Source of the DNA: a virus
Taxonomy: Duplodnaviria > Caudoviricetes
Strand: one strand, 5' to 3'
Length of the DNA: 27,792 nt
Virus record (IMG/VR): IMGVR_UViG_3300012933_000335
Location: 1 to 27,792 of that record
Made by a program: the position numbers and the translations under genes
The notes under the pieces: generated by a model
Databases searched by the model: none
Seen by the model: only the letters and a program-made list of their open reading frames with translations
What the model was told of the DNA's origin: nothing
In this document: positions 19,301 through 26,380 of the stretch, one piece after another
Layout of the letters: every line of letters starts with the position of its first letter
Numbering within the stretch: the stretch's first letter is position 1

Positions 19301-22300
19301 AAGGTCAAGGATGCCAACCTGCCTACGATGGTTATCGAGCTTGCCAACGCTGCCCAGTTCAATGCGAACAAGCTGCGTTTGGAAGCGCTGTCTGAGATTG
19401 TGGCCATTGACCAGTACACCTGGGAAGGTGGCGAGTACCAGGTCACCGAGGATGATCGAGACAAAGCAGTTGCAGCCCTTGAGCGTGCCAAGCTGAGCCG
19501 CAAGGTCAACCCTGAGTTGGCCGCAGCTGCTGAGAAACTGGGTGCTGCACTGCAGGCTACTCGAGCAAAAGCCGAAGCAACAACCAACGAAGCCGACAAG
19601 ACCAGCAACGCACGCAGTGTGTTTGGCAACGTGGGCCCATCCTTGATTCGCAGCGATGCAGATCTGGTGGAGTTCTTCCGAGCCAACCCACAAGCCAACG
19701 CACGTCAGGTCTACGAACTGATGATGCAGAGCGGCCGCTTGAACGCTGTCAACAGCAAGCTGATGAAGTTGCTTTCCCGTGTGGTCAACCCAGACCTGAG
19801 CATTCGATTCATCACGCCCCAGACTGCTGGCAGCGTGGTTTTGGACATGCCGCCCACCGCCGCGCGCGCGTGGTACGTGGTCAAAGGAAATGCCAAAGAG
19901 GTCTACGTTCTCAGCCCTGAGTTCGAAAGCTCTGGTTTGACCTACGAGACTTTGCTGCATGAGCTCGTGCACGCAGCCGTGGCTGAAGTCATCGACAGCC
20001 CGTCCGCTGATGCCAAGGCTTTGGTGGAAGAACTGGAAGCGCTTCGTCAGAAAGCGGCTGAGTACGCTCAGACTGCTGGCTTGAAGGACTACGCCGCGGC
20101 ACTGGGTGATGTTCAGGAGTTCGTGGCTTGGGGTATGACGAGCCAAGCGTTCCAACGAGACGTCCTGAACAAGATCTCCATGGAGTCCAAGACCCGTGGC
20201 AATGCGCTGGTCACCGGCATGCAGAAGTTCATCGACACCTTGGCCAAGCTGCTGTTCAAGAAGCCTGACCAAGCAACAACCAACGGCCTGAGTGTTCTGG
20301 TTTCGAACGTCTCTGGCTTGTTTGCCGAAGCAGCCCAGCAACGTGACAACCCCACATCGTTGACCTTGGCTCAGGCCACTGTGGCAGCGGTTGATCGCTA
20401 CACCACGTTGGACATCCACCAGGCCCTGGATAACGGGACCGTGGAGCCACGATTCCAGGCTCACCTAGCCAACCTCCTCAGCGGCATCGTTGAGAGCCTC
20501 CACGGCCCGTTTGGCTCGTTTGCGGCCCAGATGCGCAAGGCAGAAGCAGGGAACCCTCTGGCGGTATGGCTAAAAGCCATGGAAACAGGGAATGCCCCGT
20601 TTGCTTCGGCCATCGTAGGGTCGGGTTTTGCAGGCAGCGCGCAGGAAGACCATGCGATGCAACAGGTGGAAGCCACGGTCAAGGCTGCATTGGACGGCAG
20701 CGAGACCACCACCAAGGCGTTGTACCGTGAGTTGTACAAGCTGTACGACGAGATGCGCGCCAAGCTCAAGCCATCGGACTTCGCCTCGCAGGAAGACTAC
20801 GACTTTGTCTTCAAGATCGAGGCAGACCGTGGTGACCGCTCGGACTACCTTGCCCGCTTTGCAGCCATGGGCTTGGCCAACCAGAAGTTCAACGCCCTCA
20901 TGAAGGTGGCCACAGACCGTGACACCACGGCAGTGGGTGAGGGCAAGACCCTCATGGATCGCTTGGCCAATGTGTTTGAGAAGATCCTTGGTTTCCTCAA
21001 CGAGAAGCTGACTCGCACCTTTGGTGGCCAGCAAGCCGATGAGAAGCTCATGGCGTTGGTCAGCCAGCTGGTCGACATCGAAGCCAAGAAGCGTTCGTTG
21101 ATCAACCTCCGCAATACTGAGCCGTCCCCAACCAACGACATTGAAAAGTCGGTGAAGGGTGTTGTGGAGTACGGCCGTGAGAAGCTGAGCCAACTGGCCA
21201 GCACAGACATGGTCAAGAACAGCCGCAGTGGTGTGGTTCGCCTGGCTGGTACCGTGACCCGGTTGTCTAACCTGGGCGTCGTTGACAAGTACATGGACGA
21301 CATTCGTCAGTTCCATGACAAGCACGTCAAAGAAAAGACGTCCTTGGGCATCTCGATGCTCAATGAACTGCGCGGTCCGCTGCAGCGCATGGAAGAGTTG
21401 CTCCGTTTCCGCAAGAAACAGGAACAGCAACGCAAGCGCATCATCAACCAGAAGTCCAAGCAGACGCTGGAGATGTTCGTCAACAACGGCAAGGGCTTGT
21501 CCAAGGAAGACAAAGCTGCGTTGACCAGTGCCTTGCTGCGCACTGGTGCTCACAACTTGCTTGGCAAGTACAGCATGGCCGAGATTGACCAGCTGTTGAG
21601 TGACAGCGCTAAGCGCCAGCAGACGATTGATCTGTTGGTGGCTCAGCTGCCACAGAACCTGCGTGACGCCTACGTCGAGCAGATCAACGGTCTGGGCTTC
21701 TACAAAGCGACTGGCAAGTCACGCACACCGGTTCTGATGCTGAACGCGCACATCATTTCCCGCTTGGCTGGAACCAAGTACGAGAAGCGCATCACCAAAG
21801 CCGATGCGGCAAAGGTTGAGAACACCATTAAGCAGTTGATCGTGCTCTACACGATGCGCTACTTGGATAGCAGAGACCGCAACCGTGCAGTCCAAGCCAT
21901 GCGTACCGAGAGCGCTCGCACTGACGGTGCCAACGGTGCTGAGTTCTTGATGATCTTGCACCAGCGCATGGAGCAGGAATCGTTGGAACGCCTGTTCAAC
22001 AACAACCCTGCGCTGATGATGCACGGCTACACGCCTGAGATCACCAACCCGCATACGGTGTTTGAGGTTGCAGACTTTGACCGCGGCACTGCTTTGATGG
22101 AGCAGGGCTATGTGAAGAGTCACCCAGTGGTTGATGACACTGCAGATCCGAATGCCGGAGCCAAGCACATCTATGTGCTGAAGGACGGTGGTTTGGCGCC
22201 TTGGTTGTCTGGCATCTTCTCGACGTCAGACTTGCACACCAAGGGTACGACTCAGCACAACGGCTGGATGAACGTCAACACTGAAGACGGCTTGGACAAT

Positions 22301-23845
22301 GCCGCGTTGCAGATGGCCATCACGTCGCAGAAGCTCAAGCAGATGAACATGTTGATCGGCCCCGATCGCAACATGGATCAGGACAACCTGAACTACTTGG
22401 TTCCGGTCTACAACGAGCGCGGCGAGATCACCAACTGGCGTTACATGATGTCGGACCGTTTGCGTGACGAAATCCTCGAGCGTGACAACAGCTTTGATCG
22501 CGTCATGGGTGTGTTTGCTGGTTCGATCTACGACAAGGAAACCAGTGAGGATGTGAACCGGGACGTGATCCAGGCCCTGGCAGACCAGTTCGACGAAGAC
22601 TACGCAACCCAGCCGGACTCCTACGTTGAAGTCGGCCCGAACTCTGCAGATCCAAAGCTGCGTGAGATCTGGGCGTTGCTCTCTGATCCGTCGCGCGAGA
22701 CCATCCGCAAGGTTTGGGGTCAGCGCGCGATGATGGTCCGCAGCGATTCGCTGGACATTGTCTTTGGCTACCGCAAGTTGTCGCTGGCTCAGACTTTCTT
22801 GAAAGAGCCGCGCATGCGCAACGACTTCGAGCGCTTCACACTGGAAGCTCTGGAAGGCATGCTTATTCGCTACGGCCGTACCCCTGAGCAGGCTGCAAAC
22901 CACATCAAAAAGATTGGCAACAAAGTGGCCAAGGGGGAGCGCATGTGGCAAGAGATCGTGCGCGAGATCAAGGACATTGTGGTCGTCAAGAACGTGACGA
23001 CTCTGATGGGCAACATCTACTCGAACTTCTCATTCCTGTACGCCGCCGGCGTTCCTTGGAAAGATATCCTGCATCACCACATCGTCGCCATCAAGGGCAC
23101 GCTGTCCTACTACGAAGACACTGCTCGCCTGGCCGAGTTGGAGACGTTGATTGCCACTGGCTACACCCAAGGCAATGCCGATGAGGTGCGCCGTGAGATC
23201 GTTCGTTTACGAGACCTGGTTGACCGCAACCCAGTCAAGAAACTCATGGACGCTGGCTTGATGCCAACGATTGTGGAAGACGTGGCTCAGGAGCAGGACG
23301 TGTACTCTTACAAGAGCTTGCTCCAACGCAAGACCGAGAAGTACACCGACAAGTTGAACCCAAAGGTCAAAGACCTTGGCCGTATTGTCTACATGGCTCA
23401 CGACACCAAGATGTACCAGCTGCTTAGCCATGCGACTCAGATGTCTGACTTCGTGGCTCGCTACACGCTGTTCCAACATTTGGTTTCCCGCAAGGAAGAC
23501 CCGATGAGCGAACGCGATGCAATGAGTGAAGTGTCCGAGTCGTTCATCAACTATGACATTCCAATGCACCGCAGCATGCAGTACTTTGATGACATGGGCA
23601 TCATCCCGTTCACCAAGTATTTCCTGCGCATTCAGCGCGTGTTGGTGAAGAACTTCCGTAAGAATCCATCGAGAATTCTTTCGATGGCAATGTTGGATCA
23701 CTACATGAGTTTAGGACCCATCGTTCTGGACAGTTCCTTCGCTCACCACCTGGGTAACAACCCGTTGCACGGTGGGGCGCTGCGATTCCCAATGACTTTG
23801 GATGAGCTTGGTACTGTGAAGGCAGCAATGGCCTTGGTGAAGTAA
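13325..23845 (+). CDS. Virion-encapsidated RNA polymerase (N4 gp50-like vRNAP)
   Basis: 3506 aa with no Cys seen. Single-subunit RNAP motifs: A (DGKTNG, Asp at 17972), B (RNLAKTPLTSFIFG, 18248-18289) and C (LNVHD, 19061-19075). The C-terminus has Q.SDFVARY and F.NYD...F.KYFLRIQ. Confidence 0.96.
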   Translation: MDQLNPFAGKMEELLKARLEKAAQVRDSIARNEVEVAAARADWDSSIAGKLGFDMGSTAGSVANTIAATAAEGADAVGALAGGFYDAKVGALDMHIPDRAKVARLRQLAGKATEEDLKVLAAPAGDLQMPSYVAPMYREQFNRGTFETNQQRIEAAEKARDRGQEVRKALSLDDLVARDQVTGQKTSGLVRRTLGDAAVSTAKGIVGLGEAAVGVGDIATLGLSGKGWEAMGYDPKGTHKVLDSYYSPEQRAANAKVQEAQGFLNTIEEGLDNPSTIAQGLIQSLPAMLGGGAIGKELLMQYPKVMELISKSPALAALAEKLPALTQGGAAAIGEGTLMAGNVAEGIRQETDDRRLSLKQALLATGAGVLGAGAAVGGNKLARRLGVGDIDEAVVAGSLQPTRRGALTAPVLSTALESGEEAAQSAVETVAKNVALDKEYDGGLGNAVGMGVLTGGPMGFVGGLGGSVAADGKEEIDKRNRQAKQKDAVATGNVDSLVDPASKDYDPARAVAALYGNSKQEGATEDTKQTNFEKASKIVSDLEERRDGFVKDLTKSKAVQEAQAQLDAMKQVLAETDPADTALVAKRTELVKALEEEVGFVKADVQTQIDETNKQLKTAEQRLKTFNQQMQDRNFDAKAAAASISSSDPVASQATAAKIISLAMASPEDLDVATAELLATDAGSKLTESQRKFFRAFLNARVAENLLKSTDDVSDNVMTGGKGYVGLNTYRSNMASALTGNNKRAADNQLKQLDSFAADHAAKAKVLNDAQAQYSSTGTPVQVLSDGNRGWRINTGTPLSETDMRNGGHLTVDMRSGKLIAKVGQESRAITSTANELRAAYDHKFSPSQKETNDVKNESPASGDQSTQERSAQEAAAEEGDTEGSGDVGQGAAESAVQSSDAASADEVATTDGVTEEAPASTKEAATAEGQTQSTEEANTTEQQGTDEVPVAAPENETTTGLTVLSEQTSDEVLPPNTKLGTVYRTINKAIAFLTQTKARIEKDSDIAKDRPLVSVSNMLSRWNAGEVVPSDLFADELMEGEIGALTKFQEFANKWSPLIRQNLTKGGIANLKGNLPTAEFLFEDPLQDFFNKDGSVDENLVTAIAYGAYNFLVDSMNTPALKEDEDILKMHGLHGAEVTVSREGRRAMATLAQFKDSAASSMGRYVTDALGLKVNDKAPADYMSKLQTAFGLQALVLLSQDEVNMVDTVTVDGADLNRYLPGIDIQPNPVKAKSGKDVYPTITYVRVRREAGLQLPDDSKSIRDASVQSHGVVQRLFSSEHAGQYASWKPTKFSQQQAKKTDQNISKTQRRILSKAQQVPHRIIPAMWDALSVLGDEVILKAAGWTEYNEERIQKENRDSVMAKNLGLEDQLSAMKALVQDAIDNSPEKINQPFYATLEVWKNFRVGVATHNMNLQSSKIHRFMFTRPEWESTISLNDDAAIEQLVVSLAQAFGVKIDQQPNIETMAKFKDMVEADDGRIQKMAMALAKALETPTVEALTAVQKEEIAKFTADAEGMQTLQALVAYGQFENAKQIGLDAVTVNMLVGVDGKTNGPILTYLALGAEENVDSLFTQINRGGMYRAADNTKNYNDWYTRATSLDLYEDLASKILEGIEASPQLAAIYTFTKELTSGDKVTSAGRNLAKTPLTSFIFGSSVDKSIENMKDAFVQSVFDRIEAVANGDDKKTTRLQIIQSLNTLMGSKIPESAGIEFLLNREFSEKEKAALADAFNQQLGSRVEDTMKFYFDTYLTRRNDINGTIQGAFKIYDAIYQDLRAKEIQRLMDEGEMDFVVRNGERLPTHEMTVAQEKALRDKVQGILPLANTAYTVDDNELDAGLYMAKTRKGAGDQNSDKVKVLLGKLIPTGDNWRTNQISGWATRSMETSPGVAGLPYLMHSFDSAVMHTSLEDTDTLNVHDEAGNGVNNVKRTATAINKATFDQMLNFSPATEAYAMLGRVITNAVTMIEAGEVSTDALASVKEALRAALPFKMRNKVKDANLPTMVIELANAAQFNANKLRLEALSEIVAIDQYTWEGGEYQVTEDDRDKAVAALERAKLSRKVNPELAAAAEKLGAALQATRAKAEATTNEADKTSNARSVFGNVGPSLIRSDADLVEFFRANPQANARQVYELMMQSGRLNAVNSKLMKLLSRVVNPDLSIRFITPQTAGSVVLDMPPTAARAWYVVKGNAKEVYVLSPEFESSGLTYETLLHELVHAAVAEVIDSPSADAKALVEELEALRQKAAEYAQTAGLKDYAAALGDVQEFVAWGMTSQAFQRDVLNKISMESKTRGNALVTGMQKFIDTLAKLLFKKPDQATTNGLSVLVSNVSGLFAEAAQQRDNPTSLTLAQATVAAVDRYTTLDIHQALDNGTVEPRFQAHLANLLSGIVESLHGPFGSFAAQMRKAEAGNPLAVWLKAMETGNAPFASAIVGSGFAGSAQEDHAMQQVEATVKAALDGSETTTKALYRELYKLYDEMRAKLKPSDFASQEDYDFVFKIEADRGDRSDYLARFAAMGLANQKFNALMKVATDRDTTAVGEGKTLMDRLANVFEKILGFLNEKLTRTFGGQQADEKLMALVSQLVDIEAKKRSLINLRNTEPSPTNDIEKSVKGVVEYGREKLSQLASTDMVKNSRSGVVRLAGTVTRLSNLGVVDKYMDDIRQFHDKHVKEKTSLGISMLNELRGPLQRMEELLRFRKKQEQQRKRIINQKSKQTLEMFVNNGKGLSKEDKAALTSALLRTGAHNLLGKYSMAEIDQLLSDSAKRQQTIDLLVAQLPQNLRDAYVEQINGLGFYKATGKSRTPVLMLNAHIISRLAGTKYEKRITKADAAKVENTIKQLIVLYTMRYLDSRDRNRAVQAMRTESARTDGANGAEFLMILHQRMEQESLERLFNNNPALMMHGYTPEITNPHTVFEVADFDRGTALMEQGYVKSHPVVDDTADPNAGAKHIYVLKDGGLAPWLSGIFSTSDLHTKGTTQHNGWMNVNTEDGLDNAALQMAITSQKLKQMNMLIGPDRNMDQDNLNYLVPVYNERGEITNWRYMMSDRLRDEILERDNSFDRVMGVFAGSIYDKETSEDVNRDVIQALADQFDEDYATQPDSYVEVGPNSADPKLREIWALLSDPSRETIRKVWGQRAMMVRSDSLDIVFGYRKLSLAQTFLKEPRMRNDFERFTLEALEGMLIRYGRTPEQAANHIKKIGNKVAKGERMWQEIVREIKDIVVVKNVTTLMGNIYSNFSFLYAAGVPWKDILHHHIVAIKGTLSYYEDTARLAELETLIATGYTQGNADEVRREIVRLRDLVDRNPVKKLMDAGLMPTIVEDVAQEQDVYSYKSLLQRKTEKYTDKLNPKVKDLGRIVYMAHDTKMYQLLSHATQMSDFVARYTLFQHLVSRKEDPMSERDAMSEVSESFINYDIPMHRSMQYFDDMGIIPFTKYFLRIQRVLVKNFRKNPSRILSMAMLDHYMSLGPIVLDSSFAHHLGNNPLHGGALRFPMTLDELGTVKAAMALVK

Positions 23846-23848
23846 CCC

Positions 23849-24520
23849 TCAAGGGTGAGGACTGGTCCGGCCCACCGGGAACCCCCAGTGGCAGTCCTCA
23901 CTCTTGAAAGTCCTGGTCTCTCCCAGGTGTCACACGAATGTTCTTGCACTGTTGCTTGCCCCAGAGGTTTACGCGTACTCTGGTGACTCATGCTGGTAGA
24001 TCGTGTATTACCGCTGCTCTGTGATGCAACCATCAAGCAAACCACTGCCAATTAGCCTTGCGGCTGTTGTCATCTGAAACGACCCGGAGCGCGACTCCCA
24101 GGCTCAGTGGCTTGCTTGATGGTCTTCGTCTCTCCGAAGTGTCACGCCGTTCTGCTGGACTTCTGACCCCCAGGCGTTCTCTCGTCGCAATTACAAACAA
24201 TCCAGCTTGTGCCGCACCCCGGAAACCAGGCGGATGGCAGAGCCCCTTGCGGGGTTGGGTAATAGGTTGATGGTGGTTCCGTTCATTTTTGAGCGTGGGC
24301 TCCGACGGAACAGCGGAGATAGAACAATATTCAAAACAGGCCCTGTTACTGTAGCTGCATAGGGGTTTATGGGCTCAGGGTCTGTTTGGTTTCACCATCA
24401 AGGGTAGGGACTGCTCACATAAAGCAGTGTAGGGAAGGAGTCTCATGGCTAAAAGCAATGAGCAACGGCGCTAACCCGTTGCCAGTCCCTACTCTTAATG
24501 GTGGTGCCTTACGGGCACCA
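23849..24520 (-). ncRNA. Putative structured non-coding RNA array (repeated long-stem modules)
   Basis: No credible ORF. Four stems of 12-21 bp with related arm sequences, two identical-loop hairpins with covarying stems, and GNRA loops on the - strand. The strand is inferred and not certain. Confidence 0.6.
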
Positions 24521-24564
24521 GTCGGTCTTGCATTTTATTACCTGCCTCAGCAAGACATGGCAGG

Positions 24565-24870
24565 TTACTTGACGAGAAGTTCGTCCAGCTTACCGCCCTT
24601 GGTCACATGGTCTTCAACCCATTTGGGTTTGCGTCCTCGTCCAGACCAGGCTTGGGTGCCTAGTTTGTATTTGGTTGCGACCTTCGATTTCCCTACAGGA
24701 ACAAACTTGTTGGGCTCACCGAAATCAAGATCTCGGGAACGGATGCCGTAGGTTCGGATCATCGAGTTGATGTTCTGAATTGCTTCGGACTTCTCCGTGG
24801 CCAGCAGTTCGTCGCGCTCTTTCTGGAGTGCGTCGATCTTCTGCTGGAGCTCAGTCAGCTTGTTAGCCAT
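24565..24870 (-). CDS. hns: H-NS family nucleoid-associated protein (short Bv3F/BpH3 type)
   Basis: 101 aa: an N-terminal coiled coil, then YGI...DL, KY and the DNA-binding signature WSGRGRKPKW. An alternative in-frame GTG start at 24975 has AAGGAG 4 nt upstream. Confidence 0.9.
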   Translation of the reverse strand: MANKLTELQQKIDALQKERDELLATEKSEAIQNINSMIRTYGIRSRDLDFGEPNKFVPVGKSKVATKYKLGTQAWSGRGRKPKWVEDHVTKGGKLDELLVK

Positions 24871-24925
24871 TGCAGGTACTCTCTTGGATTTGGGCGGATC
24901 GTAGAAGAGGGCGTCGAATTGCTTC

Positions 24926-25138
24926 TCAGCTACCTCTTTTTTCGCTCGTTGCTGAGCGGGCTGAACTTGATTCACAGTACTCCTTGATGAGGTATGCGAT
25001 GAATCCAACGATTGCTGCGGTGCACAGGGCGATGCCTACTGCGAATGCAATCGCTGCGATCAGTGCACCACCAATCAATAGTACAGCTAGAACCAAGGAA
25101 GCGGCTAGTACATAGCCGGTCCACTTGATGACACCCAT
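24926..25138 (-). CDS. Small membrane protein
   Basis: 70 aa with a ~45-residue uninterrupted hydrophobic stretch (two probable TM helices). It is co-oriented and tightly packed with its neighbours. Confidence 0.65.
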   Translation of the reverse strand: MGVIKWTGYVLAASLVLAVLLIGGALIAAIAFAVGIALCTAAIVGFIAYLIKEYCESSSARSATSEKRGS

Positions 25139-25150
25139 ACCTTCAACAGG

Positions 25151-25501
25151 TTAGTTGTTGAAGAGACTGGTGGTCTTTGCCGGAGTTGCTTCAGGTTCAG
25201 AGGCTTCCACTAGAGCTTTGGCTGTTGGCTCAGCGGCAGCAGCTTCAGTCGCAGGAGTTGCGATAGCAGCAGTCGCCGGTTGAACCACGCTCAGAGCGGG
25301 CTTGGCATTGTCTTCGACGGCCGAGTCGCTGAAGCCAGGAATGCTGGCGTCTTCGATCGTCACGTCGGCGATGATGCCGGCGGCACCACGAGTGGCAGAG
25401 AACGCGATGTCCACGGTCTTGCCGGTCACGTTGATGCCTTGAGCAGCGATGTACTGCTTCAGAGCAGCTACGATTTCAGCTTGTTTGAACTGAATTTGCA
25501 T
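25151..25501 (-). CDS. N4-like conserved hypothetical protein downstream of the resolvase
   Basis: 116 aa starting MQIQFKQAEIVAALKQYI with SD AGGGA. It has an Ala/Pro/Glu-rich tail ending TTSLFNN. Confidence 0.75.
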   Translation of the reverse strand: MQIQFKQAEIVAALKQYIAAQGINVTGKTVDIAFSATRGAAGIIADVTIEDASIPGFSDSAVEDNAKPALSVVQPATAAIATPATEAAAAEPTAKALVEASEPEATPAKTTSLFNN

Positions 25502-25515
25502 TGGGTATTCCCTTG

Positions 25516-26091
25516 TTAACGCACTGTCATGGACAGCATTTGTTGAAACGCATTGCAGGACATGCCTGCATGAATTGCAGCAATGGCATCGGCCATGTGC
25601 TCGGCTTTCGCTTCGCTGACCAATGTCGCCCCGTGCTGCTGGTAAGTTGGCCAATTGGCTTCAGGATGTGTCGCCATGGCCCACTTGATCATGTCTTGCT
25701 TGGTGGCTGTCTTGTTGCCTACGCTTGCAAGCTTGACCTCAGTTGGGGTCACTTCGAAGAAGGGGATACCGTTCGCTCTCAATGCCCCAAGGACACCCAC
25801 GCAGATGCCGTAGGAAGCCATGGCTCGAGCAGATTGACTGCCGACCGGGACTTCCACGAATACTGCTTGAGCGCCGAAAGAGGCGTCGACTGCACCTTTG
25901 TACAACTGGAATGCTGACTCGAGATCTAAGCTGTTTTGACGAACTTGCTTGCCTTTCGGGAGTTCCGGATTCGTCAGAGCAACGTACTCGATCGTGAGTT
26001 TTTTGGTTTCCAGGTTCAGGGAGCCGACCGCTAGACCCCAGTTTCTTAGACTGGGATCTTGACCCACAACCTTAATGACTTTGCTCGTCAT
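25516..26091 (-). CDS. RuvC-like Holliday junction resolvase (N4 gp46-like)
   Basis: RuvC pattern: VVGQDPSLRNWG (Asp), FVEVP (Glu), P.EVK....G...ATK..M and EHMADAIA. The start is taken at MTSKVIK. Confidence 0.88.
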   Translation of the reverse strand: MTSKVIKVVGQDPSLRNWGLAVGSLNLETKKLTIEYVALTNPELPKGKQVRQNSLDLESAFQLYKGAVDASFGAQAVFVEVPVGSQSARAMASYGICVGVLGALRANGIPFFEVTPTEVKLASVGNKTATKQDMIKWAMATHPEANWPTYQQHGATLVSEAKAEHMADAIAAIHAGMSCNAFQQMLSMTVR

Positions 26092-26380
26092 TGGCTGCAG
26101 GTGCTTCCTCATCATCGTCGGTCTCGAACGCAAATGGCAAGGTGCCAAGTTCGGCCAGAGCAATGGTGATACCCAAGCTGAAACCGCGTCGCATCTCAGG
26201 TGTGAACTCATGGTCCACGCCTTCGATCTCGACTACGGTCCCTTCAGGGATTTCTTCCATGTGCTTCAGCATGCGAATCTTGGTGTCGTGCCAACGAACT
26301 AACAGCTTGATGAAGTGGTCAAGGTCATGGACCTCGACAGTTTCTGGTTTGGCTTCAGGAGCTTCGTTGATTTCGCTCAT
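26072..26380 (-). CDS. Hypothetical acidic protein
   Basis: 102 aa. It has an ATGA overlap with the upstream gene's stop and a 20-nt overlap with the resolvase. Confidence 0.7.
   Translation of the reverse strand: MSEINEAPEAKPETVEVHDLDHFIKLLVRWHDTKIRMLKHMEEIPEGTVVEIEGVDHEFTPEMRRGFSLGITIALAELGTLPFAFETDDDEEAPAANDEQSH

Noticed and set aside
18527-21553. 645-aa and 327-aa antisense ORFs within vRNAP (likewise 2637-3761, 8721-9431, 13994-15187)
   Set aside because: These are shadow ORFs opposite well-supported genes, with no motif or RBS support.
23849-24520. CRISPR array, tRNA cluster or known ribozyme as the explanation for the gap
   Set aside because: There are no identical, evenly spaced direct repeats, no T-loop GTTCRA in tRNA geometry, and no hammerhead core (CUGAUGA...GAAA). 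I could not fit an HDV-like fold by eye.
23743-24751. Short ORFs in or overlapping the gap (23743-24051, 24058-24270, 24386-24751)
   Set aside because: They have weak starts and atypical composition, and two overlap real genes. The sequence is better explained by base-pairing.
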